Source of the DNA: Candidatus Eiseniibacteriota bacterium
GTDB lineage: Bacteria; Joyebacterota; Joyebacteria; Joyebacterales; Joyebacteraceae
Direction: 5' to 3'
DNA: 64,000 nt
NCBI GenBank assembly: GCA_043819135.1
Contig: JBDRFG010000107.1
Location: 1 to 64,000, forward strand
Position numbers and translations under genes: made by a program
Notes under the pieces: model-generated
The model's database searches: none
Told to the model about the DNA's origin: nothing
What the model saw: only the letters and a program-made list of their open reading frames with translations
In this document: in pieces, positions 18,466-28,560 of the stretch
Layout of the letters: each line of letters begins with the position of its first letter
Position numbering within the stretch: position 1 is the first letter of the stretch

Positions 18466-19631
18466 TCTCTCTCGCTCCTCTCCCGAAACAGCGACAGTAT
18501 CTTGCCGCCGGCGCCGCCGATGTTGCCGACGCCCACGACGATCGCGCGGTCGGGCGTCAGCTCGACGACCTTTCTGAACACCTCATCGGCGCTCTTCCCG
18601 CCGAGGTCGTGGATCTTCGCGGCGGGGAGCCCGCGGCTCACGGCTATCGACTTAACCGGATGCGTCATTTCGCCGGTCAGGATGTAGTGGTCGGCGGGAA
18701 GGTCGGCGGCGATTATCTCGCCGAACTGGAAGACGCGGTCCGGCCGGTCGGCCCTCATGCCGGCGATGACCATCACGGTCCGGTCGGGGTCGGCATGCGG
18801 ATTCAGTGCGTTCCAGATGGCCACGGTGGAATCGCGATCGTTCGCCGCGAAGGCGCTCACGAACTCGATCTCCTTGTCTTTCTCTCGGACCTTGTGGATG
18901 AAGAGCGCACCTGGGTCAGGCGTCGCTTCCCTCATCCCCTGGACGGCGACGTCGGTCGGCACGCCCAGATGCTCGCAGACGGCGAGCGCAAGAACGACGT
19001 TCTCGAGGTGCTCGACGTACCTGAATCCCTCGGTGAGCGTCTGATCCGCCATCTCGGGCAGGACCTCGTGCACCCTGGTGCCCCGAGCCTTGGCCTCCTC
19101 GGCAAACGTCCCGAGTCTCTCGTGCTCTGACGTGAAAAGGTCGCCACCGTCGGGAACCGTCCCCGCCAGCGCGACCGCCACGTCGTCCACGGTGGGACCC
19201 ATGACGTCCAGATGGTCCGGGCGCGCGTTCGTGATGACGCCAACCGTCGCCTTCGCGATCCTGTGCTCGCAGAGCCACTGCAGGTCGGGCCGAATGGCCA
19301 TGCACTCGAGGACCAGCGCACGAGCCCCTTCGCGCCTGGCTCGCCTCACGATGCCCAGCTGTTCGCGAATGTTGGGTGGGCCGGATCTTGAGATGGGTTC
19401 CTCGGCGCCATCCGGATGGATGTACCTGGCGGCGGAGCCGGTGGTCTTGGCCACCGTGCATATGCCGCCTGCGCGGAGACCAGCCGCGACAAGCCTCGCC
19501 ACGGAGGACTTGCCGCGGGTGCCGTTCACGTGGACGCGGATGGGCACCGCGCGGAGGTTCGTCAGGTGCAGGCGGTATTCCACGACGCCGTAGAGGAAGA
19601 ATGCCACGGCAAGCAGGAACACCAGGGTCAT
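18462..19631 (-). CDS. pgsB: Poly-gamma-glutamate synthase PgsB/CapB
   Basis: HVNGTRGKSS, KTTGS, NIREQ, ECMAI, DHLDVMGP, FAAND, GNIGG. Confidence 0.93.
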   Translation of the reverse strand: MTLVFLLAVAFFLYGVVEYRLHLTNLRAVPIRVHVNGTRGKSSVARLVAAGLRAGGICTVAKTTGSAARYIHPDGAEEPISRSGPPNIREQLGIVRRARREGARALVLECMAIRPDLQWLCEHRIAKATVGVITNARPDHLDVMGPTVDDVAVALAGTVPDGGDLFTSEHERLGTFAEEAKARGTRVHEVLPEMADQTLTEGFRYVEHLENVVLALAVCEHLGVPTDVAVQGMREATPDPGALFIHKVREKDKEIEFVSAFAANDRDSTVAIWNALNPHADPDRTVMVIAGMRADRPDRVFQFGEIIAADLPADHYILTGEMTHPVKSIAVSRGLPAAKIHDLGGKSADEVFRKVVELTPDRAIVVGVGNIGGAGGKILSLFRERSERE

Positions 19632-19760
19632 GCGTCCGTACCTCCGCAAGCACGGCAACGAGGTGAGGGCACAAAAGTTGCGCCGGTTCCCCGTCACTCC
19701 TAATGCGGCCCCTGGCCCTCCCAGCCGAGGCACGCGAAGTGAAACGAAGCCGGCACAGTT

Positions 19761-19789
19761 ATGCTACCAGACGTGAGTGGACATGTCAA
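19761..19789 (-). promoter_or_regulatory. Sigma70-type promoter of the pgs operon
   Basis: TTGACA-17 bp-TAGCAT on the minus strand. Confidence 0.6.
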
Positions 19790-19891
19790 GTACGCGAATT
19801 CGGGCCCGCTAGGCGTCGCCAGCCGGCGGACACCACTCACGAGCCCGAATGCGAATGCGTAGCGCGCGCTCCGGCGCGCCGGGCCAGATCC

Positions 19892-21148
19892 CTACTCGTA
19901 GGTCGACTTGATCTTGCCCCAACTGGACGGCTCCGTTACCGAGAGGCAGTCCACGTCGTGGGCGCCAACGAGCTCTCCGCACAGGCTGTTGGCCGGTGTG
20001 CAGGGCGAGGCGTTGTAAAGCGTGAGGTCACCCGAGGGCGCATCGCAGAACTGCGGGTCCTCGGAGAAGTTGAAGTTGAGGCCGGTCTGGTCAGTGAGCT
20101 CACCGGTGTAGTTGCCGCCGGTGTTCTCGAATACGTCCGAGCAGTTCACAGACACCGACCGGTCCAATGCTGCCAGATGTACGCCGCCGCCCATGAGGCT
20201 GTAGGCCACGATGCATCTGTTGATGTCGGCGCCCACTCCGTCTCCGAAGTAGATACCACCGCCGGCCACCGCCCCATTCCCCATGAAGGTAGACCTCACG
20301 ATGTTTGCGTCGCCGAAAGTAGCGAGTCCTCCGCCCGTACCCGGCGCGGTCACCGCTTCATTCCACAACACCGAGCACCCGTCGAAGCTAACGGCGCCGG
20401 ACAGGTTGAAGACACCCGCTCCCCTGGGGGCCCCGTTGTCGGTGATGACGCAGCCATTAAAGGCGATGTCACCATCTGCTATGTAGACCCCACCTCCTCG
20501 AGTCCCCGCGTAGTTGCCGGAGCCGATGATGCAGTCGATCAGCTCGCCCTCTTCTACGCCGACCAGGGCGATCGCTCCACCCCTCCCGTCGGTGAACTCG
20601 CCGGCTGTGTTCCCTATGAACCGGCACGCAGTGATGCTTATCCAGGACCCACCGCCGCAGTAGAGCGCCCCGCCGAGGGCGTTAGCGCCGTTGACGATAT
20701 TCGAACCGAACACACACCCTTCGATCGTCGGGGCGGCCGACTCGCACAGAATGGCCCCGCCGTTCCCATCGGTCACGTAGCCGTTGACGATGGTGACGTT
20801 CTGCAGGACGGACGAAGCGCCCTCTCCCGAATGAAACCAGAAGGCGCGCCGCGAGTTGAACTCGGTGCCGCCGCAGTCGATCGTCACGTCCGCGGGGTCA
20901 CCGGTCTGGGACCGGATTGTCACCGCCTTGCCGAGGAAGTCCACGTCACGATTCCCCGTACCGTTGTACGTCCCGTCGGCCAGCTCGATGATGTCCGTGT
21001 CCACGACGGCATCAATGGCGTCCTGTATGGTCGCGTAGTCGCCCGAGCCGTTCGCCCGAACCAGATACGTCGCGGCCGGCGCCGGTGTGCTCAGCGCCGC
21101 GAGACAAGCTGCCGCGAGCAGTGTCACTATCGCAGTTCTGCCGCTCAT
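19892..21148 (-). CDS. Secreted parallel beta-helix repeat protein with C-terminal SWGKIK motif
   Basis: Signal peptide, TIQDAID, GGAI/GGG repeats, DPQFC, ends VTEPSSWGKIKSTYE. Confidence 0.75.
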   Translation of the reverse strand: MSGRTAIVTLLAAACLAALSTPAPAATYLVRANGSGDYATIQDAIDAVVDTDIIELADGTYNGTGNRDVDFLGKAVTIRSQTGDPADVTIDCGGTEFNSRRAFWFHSGEGASSVLQNVTIVNGYVTDGNGGAILCESAAPTIEGCVFGSNIVNGANALGGALYCGGGSWISITACRFIGNTAGEFTDGRGGAIALVGVEEGELIDCIIGSGNYAGTRGGGVYIADGDIAFNGCVITDNGAPRGAGVFNLSGAVSFDGCSVLWNEAVTAPGTGGGLATFGDANIVRSTFMGNGAVAGGGIYFGDGVGADINRCIVAYSLMGGGVHLAALDRSVSVNCSDVFENTGGNYTGELTDQTGLNFNFSEDPQFCDAPSGDLTLYNASPCTPANSLCGELVGAHDVDCLSVTEPSSWGKIKSTYE

Positions 21149-21209
21149 AATCTCCTCCTCGCCCGGTAGCGCTTCCGCGAGCGCCGCCGGGCAACCGCCC
21201 AGAGCGTGC

Positions 21210-22670
21210 CTACTCGGGAAGCTCTATGGTGTTGACCTCGCCGAAGTTCGACAGAGGCTGCTCGAACTGCTCCTGGTCGCCCACGAACAGCATCACAAGT
21301 CCGTCCGGATGCAGATACTCGGCGGCCGCCGCCTTGACGTCATCGAGAGTCAGATTCTCTATGGCCTCAATGTCCCGCTCCGAAGTGTCGAGAGGCCGGC
21401 CCTGCCACTTCAGCTGGACAAGTCGCTGCACGACCGCGGCCTTCGAGTCGTATTCAAACACCTGCTTGTTCAGGTACGCGTCCCGTGCGTTCTCGAACTC
21501 CTCTTCCGACGGTCCGTCGGCCTGCATCTCCGCGATCAGATCGGAAATCAGAGACGCGGCCCGTGCCGTCGCGTCGGACCTCGTCTGAGAAGAAGCAACA
21601 AACGTGCCGTAGGTCCACGGATCGTGCGAATAGCGGGAGTATGCCGCGTACGCGAGGCCCTCGTCGGTCCTCACCTTCTGTGTAATGCGGGATGTGAAAC
21701 TGCCTCCGCCAAGAACGAAGTTCACTATCTGGACCGCGGGTCGGCTCTCATCGCGACTGTTCAGGCCGAGATGCCCTATCATGATGACGCCCTGGTCGAT
21801 GTTCTTGCGCACGTAGTTGACCGAAGGCACGAACGTCAGCGGAAGCTCGGGCTCGGGCTCGATGACGACGTCGGCCTGTTCCCAACCGGCGAGGGCCTCG
21901 TCCAGCAGCCCCATGATCTCGTCTTTCGTCACGTCGCCGGATATCCCGATGATGGCGTTGTTCGGATGGAAGAACGCCTGATGGTAGGCGACGAGGTCGT
22001 CGCGCAGTATCGCGTTCGCCGTCTTCTCGGTCACCTGCCACGCCATCGGGTGGTCACCGTAGAGGATCTTCCCAAACTCGCGCCCGGCGATCCCGCGCGG
22101 TTCGTCATTCTCGCGTCGGATGTTCTCGAGCATTGTCTCACGCCGAAGTTCGATCTTCTCCTCCGGGAAGGCGGGGTTGACGAGAAGCTCCGCCATGATC
22201 TCGAGGCAGAGCGGCAGGTCCTTCTTCAGGCAGTTGACGCTGACGCTCGTGCTGCGACCGTCGCCTCCGCCGCCCCCGCGGCCCATCATCCCACCGCCTC
22301 CCGCCGGGCCACCGACCTCCACGTAGGCGTCGACGAACTCCAGTTCCTCGTTGATCCTGTCGCCCGGCCAGTTCTCGCTGCCGCCGTTCCTGATGGTCCA
22401 GGCGGCGAGTCCTCCGAGGCCGACCTTGTCCATGGCCGGCCTGCCTGTGCCGAGGATCATCGTCATGTTGACGACCGGCACCTCGTGGTCCTCGATCAGG
22501 AAACCGGTCATACCGTTCTCGAACGTCAGCTCGTCATACTCGGGCGTCGTCAGCTCGAGCTTCGGATACTTGAGCTTGCTCGGGTGCTTGACCTTGGCGG
22601 CCCAGGCCGGTCCCCCTGCGATGGAGACCGCAACCAGAAGGACCAGGCCGACTGTGAGAAGTCTCTTCAT
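21210..22670 (-). CDS. M16 peptidase, non-catalytic-type subunit
   Basis: EDHEVPVV, LGGGSFTSR..VR..EGLAY; lacks HxxEH. Confidence 0.85.
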   Translation of the reverse strand: MKRLLTVGLVLLVAVSIAGGPAWAAKVKHPSKLKYPKLELTTPEYDELTFENGMTGFLIEDHEVPVVNMTMILGTGRPAMDKVGLGGLAAWTIRNGGSENWPGDRINEELEFVDAYVEVGGPAGGGGMMGRGGGGGDGRSTSVSVNCLKKDLPLCLEIMAELLVNPAFPEEKIELRRETMLENIRRENDEPRGIAGREFGKILYGDHPMAWQVTEKTANAILRDDLVAYHQAFFHPNNAIIGISGDVTKDEIMGLLDEALAGWEQADVVIEPEPELPLTFVPSVNYVRKNIDQGVIMIGHLGLNSRDESRPAVQIVNFVLGGGSFTSRITQKVRTDEGLAYAAYSRYSHDPWTYGTFVASSQTRSDATARAASLISDLIAEMQADGPSEEEFENARDAYLNKQVFEYDSKAAVVQRLVQLKWQGRPLDTSERDIEAIENLTLDDVKAAAAEYLHPDGLVMLFVGDQEQFEQPLSNFGEVNTIELPE

Positions 22671-22721
22671 TGTTCGCTCCTTGCGCCTTCGCGCCGGTCG
22701 CCCCGTGGGACGACAGTCGTC

Positions 22722-24581
22722 CTAGCTCTTACCCCGCTCAGCCTTCATGCGTGCCCAGAGCCTCTCGACGAGAGCCTCTCTGCCACCCTCGTCGAGCGTC
22801 TGGAACTGAGACATCAGCTCCTGCTGCTCCTCCGCGGGCAACGTCTGCGCCCACATCATGATCTCGCTGAAGTCGATCTCCTCCTCGGCGTCCCCACCCT
22901 CGGACTCGGTCTCCACCATCCACGCCACCGTGCGGTTCTCCTCGGTGAGGTACTTCTCCGCGACCCTCATTATGTCCTCGGGCGTCACCTGCTTCGTGCG
23001 CTCCATGTCGGTGAGCAGCGCACGCCAGTCGCCGCGCATCGCGGCGTAGAACCCCACGCGGAAGGCCAGACCCATGTTCGAACCCAGAGCCCTCACCAGG
23101 GACGCCTCCTCCTGATTCCACACGCGCTCGAGCTCGCGCATGTCCACGGGCTCCTTCTTCACGCGCTCGAGTTCCTGCATGATGGCCGCCTCGACCTCTT
23201 CGAGCGTGTGCGGGTCCTTCGGGTCGGCACTGATCGTGAAGAGCGGGTCGAGCCTGTCGCCCGGGCCCATCCACGTGCCCGGGGCCTCTCTCGTGAGACC
23301 CTGCTCCTCGTAGATGCGCTTGTAGAAACGGCTCGTACGTCCGCTCGCCAGGATCGACTGCAGCGCACCCAGCGCGTAGCTGTCCGGGTGCGGATTCGCG
23401 GGGACGTGGTAGCCGATCATCATCGTGGGCTTCGCGTCCTGCTTCACGACGACCCTGCGCTCTCCCTGCTGCTTCGGCTCGCGTGTGGTGAGAACCGGAA
23501 GGTCCTCGCCGCGCGGTATCGCACCGAAGTACTTCTTCGCGAGCTTCTTGACCTCGTCTGCCGTGATGTCGCCGGCGAAGAACCCGACGGCGTTGTTCGG
23601 TGCGTAATTGCGGTCGAAGTACTCCTGAAGGTCCGCGCGGGTGATCATCGACACGTCGGAGGCCCAGCCGAGGACCGGCACTCCGTACATGCTCGCCGTG
23701 TAGGCGGTCGAAAGGAAAGAGTAGTAGAGAACGTCGTCGGGCTCGTTCAGGCTCATTCTGAGCTCTTCCATCACGACGTCGCGCTCGGTGTAGTACTCCC
23801 TGAACACCGGGTTGGCCATGCGATCCGACTCCAGGAGCATGAAGAGCTCGAGTCGGTTCGCCGGCAGGTAGGCGAAGTAGAATGTGCCGTCGTTCGACGT
23901 ACCCGCGTTGAGCATCCGCGAGCCGTTGTTCACGTACGTCTCCCAAAGCTCGTTAGAGATGATGAGTCCCCGGTGCTCGGTCATCGTATCGTAGAGGTCC
24001 ATCTCTGTCTTCTTGAGTGTGAGGTAGAGACCGAAATAGTCGGTGTCGCCCTCTTCGAGCAGACCGGGAAGCGACCGCATGTCATCGGTCGGACCGGCCT
24101 CCTCGAGCCGTTCGACGAGAAGCTCCAGCTCGAGTGCGCGGTCGGAGCCTATGACCTCGCGGTCCTCCTCGTTGAGCGACGATGTCAACTCGTTAACGTA
24201 CTCATCGAAGTACTCGAGTCTCCACGGCTCGATCTCCAGCATGAGTTCGCGGATGCTCACCGCCAGCACGTCCTCACGATCGAGAAACTCCTTCTCGGCC
24301 TCGTAGTCCTTCGTACCGACGGTCTCGGTGCCCTTGAAGAGCATGTGCTCCAGGAGGTGCGAGACGCCGGTGATGCCCGGTCGCTCGTAGATGGCGCCGA
24401 CCTTGAAACCGACGGCACAGAACGCTACCGGAGCCTCGTGACGCTCGATAACGATGAACTTCATCCCGTTGTCGAGTTCGAACTCCTTGACCTTGTCCTC
24501 CAGTGTCTCGGCTGTGGCCACTGAAACCAGGCCTGCAGCCAGCACCAGAAGACACAGCGACACGATCGGAAACCGCCGCAT
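22722..24581 (-). CDS. M16 zinc peptidase, catalytic subunit
   Basis: Signal peptide, GVSHLLEHMLFKGT, NAGT, ERDVVMEE. Confidence 0.88.
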   Translation of the reverse strand: MRRFPIVSLCLLVLAAGLVSVATAETLEDKVKEFELDNGMKFIVIERHEAPVAFCAVGFKVGAIYERPGITGVSHLLEHMLFKGTETVGTKDYEAEKEFLDREDVLAVSIRELMLEIEPWRLEYFDEYVNELTSSLNEEDREVIGSDRALELELLVERLEEAGPTDDMRSLPGLLEEGDTDYFGLYLTLKKTEMDLYDTMTEHRGLIISNELWETYVNNGSRMLNAGTSNDGTFYFAYLPANRLELFMLLESDRMANPVFREYYTERDVVMEELRMSLNEPDDVLYYSFLSTAYTASMYGVPVLGWASDVSMITRADLQEYFDRNYAPNNAVGFFAGDITADEVKKLAKKYFGAIPRGEDLPVLTTREPKQQGERRVVVKQDAKPTMMIGYHVPANPHPDSYALGALQSILASGRTSRFYKRIYEEQGLTREAPGTWMGPGDRLDPLFTISADPKDPHTLEEVEAAIMQELERVKKEPVDMRELERVWNQEEASLVRALGSNMGLAFRVGFYAAMRGDWRALLTDMERTKQVTPEDIMRVAEKYLTEENRTVAWMVETESEGGDAEEEIDFSEIMMWAQTLPAEEQQELMSQFQTLDEGGREALVERLWARMKAERGKS

Positions 24582-24838
24582 GGACGCCTCCCCTCGGTTG
24601 AAGTTGCTTGCGTTCGTCTCTATTCCGTGTGCTTCGGCTCTGTCTGGCGTACCTCAGACAGATCACAGAGCATAGCCGTTGAGCACGGAGTCAGTCAAGG
24701 CCGTCCGTCGAGGGGCCACCACGGCGGTTTGAGCGACAGTCGGGTGTTTTCATCGCTCTGCCGGCGCCCGCGATGCTATGCTCTGGTGACAACGCCCATG
24801 GACGAGTAGTCTCGAAGGAACACCCTGGCGGGGCTGCG

Positions 24839-26086
24839 ATGAGAATCGAAATCCCATACGGCGGAACCACGATGGCGGTGAACCTCGACGACGCGAACGT
24901 CGCAGGCGTCGTCCGCGCCGCGGAGACGGCGAGCGGCGACGAACGGCAGGTCATGACCCATGCGCTGTCCTCCCCCACAGGCTCAGTTCCTCTCGGTAGC
25001 TTCCTCGAGGGCTCGAGCGATGTGGTCGTCATCGTCAACGACACTAAGAGACCCACTCCGACCGCGAGGGTGCTCGACTTGGTCCGACCCGACCTGGAGA
25101 AGGTCGGCAACGTGACCTTCCTCATCGCAACGGGGACACACAGACCACCCACGCCCGAGGAGCAGGCGACTATCCTCGGCGAAGCTGCGGGGATCCCCGG
25201 CGCGCGGACCGTCGTGCACGACTCCCGAAGACCGGAAGACATGACGTTCGTCGGACGCACGACGAGGGGCACGGAGGTTCATTTCAACCGACTCGTCACC
25301 GACGCCTCTCGCATCGTCATCATCGGCTCCGTGGAACCTCACTACTTCGCCGGATTCACCGGCGGGAGGAAGGCCTTCCTCCCCGGAGTGGCGGCCTTCG
25401 AATCGGTACTTCAGAACCACAGTCACGCGCTCGATCCGGCCTCCCATCTCATGGCGCTCGACGGCAACCCGGTGCACGAGGACATGCTTGAGGCGCTGGA
25501 ACTCATGGGCGACAAGCCCATCTTCAGCATCATGACGGTCGTCGACCACGGGCGGAGGGTCTGCGCCGCGCACGCCGGTGACGTCCACGGCGCCTTCAAC
25601 GCGGCAGTCCTGAGCGCGAGAGAGATGTTCTCCGTGGACGTACCCGGGAAGTGCGACATCGTGGTGGCGGTGGCCGGAAGCCCGGTCGACTCCGACCTTT
25701 ATCAGGCGCACAAGGCCATAGAGAGCGCCAGGCTTGCCCTCGCCGAGAGTGGGATCCTCATCCTGGTCGCCGAGTGCGGTGAGGGTCTGGGGAACGACGC
25801 GTTCGTCGAGCAGATGACGGCGGCGGAGTCCCCCGAAGACGTCGCCCGGCTGGTGGGAAGCAGCTACAGCCTGGGAGACCACAAGTCCGTCAAGCTCGCC
25901 GAACTCGTGATGAAGGCCGAGGTATGGGCCGTGACGGGGCTCCCCGATAAGATCCTCGAGGGTATCTTCTTCCGCCCGTTCGCGCGGCTACAGGACGCGC
26001 TGGACGCGGCCCTCACAAAGAGAGGACCCGGGGGCCGGGTCCTCTTCCTGATGGACGCCGGCACCACGGTGCCGCGCACGACCTGA
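24839..26086 (+). CDS. larA: Nickel-pincer-dependent lactate racemase family protein
   Basis: NDTKRPTP, ATGTHR, EPHYFAGFTGGRK, NH, NPVHEDM, LYQAHK. Confidence 0.88.
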   Translation: MRIEIPYGGTTMAVNLDDANVAGVVRAAETASGDERQVMTHALSSPTGSVPLGSFLEGSSDVVVIVNDTKRPTPTARVLDLVRPDLEKVGNVTFLIATGTHRPPTPEEQATILGEAAGIPGARTVVHDSRRPEDMTFVGRTTRGTEVHFNRLVTDASRIVIIGSVEPHYFAGFTGGRKAFLPGVAAFESVLQNHSHALDPASHLMALDGNPVHEDMLEALELMGDKPIFSIMTVVDHGRRVCAAHAGDVHGAFNAAVLSAREMFSVDVPGKCDIVVAVAGSPVDSDLYQAHKAIESARLALAESGILILVAECGEGLGNDAFVEQMTAAESPEDVARLVGSSYSLGDHKSVKLAELVMKAEVWAVTGLPDKILEGIFFRPFARLQDALDAALTKRGPGGRVLFLMDAGTTVPRTT

Positions 26087-26100
26087 TCGCCGCACGCTCA

Positions 26101-27552
26101 CTACGTAGGGAACACTCCGAACACCTTGCTCGTGAGGAAGTAAACGAGCAGCGTCATGACCACGATCCCGATCAAGTGCAGCTTGAAGCCCGTCCGGAAC
26201 ATATCGGATATGTCGAGCTTGCCCGAACCGTACACGATGGCGTTCGGCGGGGTCGAGACCGGAAGCATGAACACATTCGAGCACGCGATCGTCGCCGGGA
26301 TCGCCAGCAGGTACGGCGGCACGTTGATCGCGGCCGCGACGGCTATCAGGATCGGGATCATCATGTTCGCCACGGCTGTGTTCGAGGCGATCTCGCTCAG
26401 GAACGATGCGATCACCGCGACGATCAGGATGAGCAGAAGCGGGTGCAGCGTGCCTGACAGCGGGAGCGAGCCCGCGATCCATTGGGCCGTTCCGGACGCG
26501 AACAAACCCTTACCCAGCGCCAGTCCCCCACCGAAAAGGTAGAGCGTTCCGAACGAGATGGACCGCGTGTCCGCCCAGACGAGAGGGAACTCCCACTTCT
26601 TGACGCTCGTGGGAACGATGAACAGCATGAGCGCACACGATATCGCGATGAGCGAGTCGTCGAACCGAGCCTGCAGGGTGGTCATGAACCCGAGCGGGAT
26701 ACTGTCCCAGAACGGGCGCGTCAGCCAGAGGACCGCCACCATCACGAACGCGACGATCGTGTGCTTCCCGCCCCGCGAGATCGGACCGAGCGCCTTCCGC
26801 TCCTCCTCGAGCGCCTCCCCGCCGGTGATGGTCCTGACCTGGGGCTTGTGCGTCCACCAGAGGAACCACCACGTGAGGGGCAGCATGACTACGGCGAACG
26901 GCAACCCGACCTTGAGCCATTCGAAGAACGTGACCTCGCGTCCGAGCAACGATTGGGAGAAGCCGGCCAGCAGGACATTGGGCGGAGTTCCGACGAGCGT
27001 CGCCACGCCGCCGATGGTGGCCGCATAGGCTATCCCCAAGAGCAGGACCGCACCGTAACGCGACTCCGCCTCGAGCTGCGAGTTCGTGAGGATCGCCAGG
27101 GCTATCGGGAGCATCATTGCCGTGGTGGCCGTGTTCGAGAGGAAGGCGGACAGAAACGCGGTCAGCCCCATGAAGTAGAGGACGAGCATCTTCGAGTCGC
27201 CGCCGACGCGCCCGAGGATCGCGAGCGCCAGCCTGCGGTCGATGCCCCACTTCATCATGGAGCGCGCAATGATGAACCCGCCGAGAAAAAGAAACACCAG
27301 CCGGTTGGCGTACTGCGAGAGCGCTTCCTGAAGCGGGAGAATGCCGAGCAGAGGCAGGAGAACGGCCGGGACGAGCGAGGTCGCGTAGATGGAAACGGCC
27401 TCGGTGCCCCACCACACGGCGCACAGCGCAAGCACGGCGAGCGTCCGTCTGATCTGGACGTCGACGGGAAGCGGCGCGAACATCAGCACGACGAAGACGG
27501 CGATCCCGCCGACGAAGCCTATCTTCTTCTTGAGTGTGACGAACGAACTCAC
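26101..27552 (-). CDS. DASS/SLC13 Na+-coupled di/tricarboxylate symporter
   Basis: SNTAT, GTPPN, second SNT and TPPN motifs; multi-TM; start approximate (GTG). Confidence 0.9.
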   Translation of the reverse strand: MSSFVTLKKKIGFVGGIAVFVVLMFAPLPVDVQIRRTLAVLALCAVWWGTEAVSIYATSLVPAVLLPLLGILPLQEALSQYANRLVFLFLGGFIIARSMMKWGIDRRLALAILGRVGGDSKMLVLYFMGLTAFLSAFLSNTATTAMMLPIALAILTNSQLEAESRYGAVLLLGIAYAATIGGVATLVGTPPNVLLAGFSQSLLGREVTFFEWLKVGLPFAVVMLPLTWWFLWWTHKPQVRTITGGEALEEERKALGPISRGGKHTIVAFVMVAVLWLTRPFWDSIPLGFMTTLQARFDDSLIAISCALMLFIVPTSVKKWEFPLVWADTRSISFGTLYLFGGGLALGKGLFASGTAQWIAGSLPLSGTLHPLLLILIVAVIASFLSEIASNTAVANMMIPILIAVAAAINVPPYLLAIPATIACSNVFMLPVSTPPNAIVYGSGKLDISDMFRTGFKLHLIGIVVMTLLVYFLTSKVFGVFPT

Positions 27553-27595
27553 GCCTCGCGGATCCTCCAGGATGCCGTGGACCACCGTGGAATCA

Positions 27596-28306
27596 CTACA
27601 GCCCCAGGAAGGCGATCGCGCCACCGGACGCGAACAGCGCGAAGCCGGCGAACGCGTGACCGTACCGTTCCATGCTCTTCACGCGCACTCTCGAAAGGCC
27701 GTAGTACGAGGTCATGACCACGGTCAGCATCGTCCCGACGGTCGCCAGACCGAACACCGCGGCGACCAGCACCACGTGGGAGATGCTCCCCCGCGCCGCA
27801 GGGAACATCAGGATGGGAATGAGCGGTTCGCACGGGCCAAAAACGAAGATCAGGAAGAGTATCCACGGCGTAGCGCTCCGCGATCTGGCGTCGTGAACGT
27901 GACTGTGCTCGCCCGTGTGCCCGTGGAAGTGACTGTGCTCCGCACCGCCCTCGTGCACGTGAGAGTGCTCGTGAGATCTGCTTCGGACCGCCCTGTGTAC
28001 GCCCCACACGAAGTACGCGAACCCGAACGCCATGAGGAGCCAGGCGGCGATGTCGCCACGCACGGCCTCGATGGCTTCGAGTCTGAACAGGGCGGTACCG
28101 ATGACGATACCGATGAGTCCGAGAACGACGGAGCTCAGTACGTGCCCGACGCCGCAGAGCGCGGTGACAAGAGCCGTCTTCCGCGAAGTCCACCCACGCG
28201 CCTTAGACAGAACGACGAACGGAAGGTAGTGGTCGGGACCGAGCACCGTGTGCACGAACCCGATCGTCGCGGCGGTCCCCAGAAGCACCAGGAGGCTCTT
28301 GTCCAT
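27596..28306 (-). CDS. His-rich membrane protein, UreH/RcnA/NicO-like Ni/Co permease
   Basis: HTVLGPDHYLP, His-rich loop HEHSHVH..HSHFHGH, GPCEP. Confidence 0.7.
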   Translation of the reverse strand: MDKSLLVLLGTAATIGFVHTVLGPDHYLPFVVLSKARGWTSRKTALVTALCGVGHVLSSVVLGLIGIVIGTALFRLEAIEAVRGDIAAWLLMAFGFAYFVWGVHRAVRSRSHEHSHVHEGGAEHSHFHGHTGEHSHVHDARSRSATPWILFLIFVFGPCEPLIPILMFPAARGSISHVVLVAAVFGLATVGTMLTVVMTSYYGLSRVRVKSMERYGHAFAGFALFASGGAIAFLGL

Positions 28307-28560
28307 GTCAGTCCTTCTCTTCCTAACGGCGTTCAGCGAGGCGATGCGCATGACCATGGCGCAATCAGGCATTGTAGCGCACGCGCCGGAGGGATGGTAG
28401 CGGTATCGCCGGATGTCGGCGGGACGGCGGCAGTACGCCTCGCACCGGCGGGACGGCGGCATCACTCGCCCCCCCGACACGCGAAGAGGGACCGCTACAG
28501 GCGGCCCCTCTCGGTTATTCGTGTTCGGCCGGCCATCACCCGACCGTGCAGTTGGCGTCC

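Noticed and set aside
21087..24524. 1145-aa plus-strand ORF
   Set aside because: Antisense shadow of the M16 peptidase genes.
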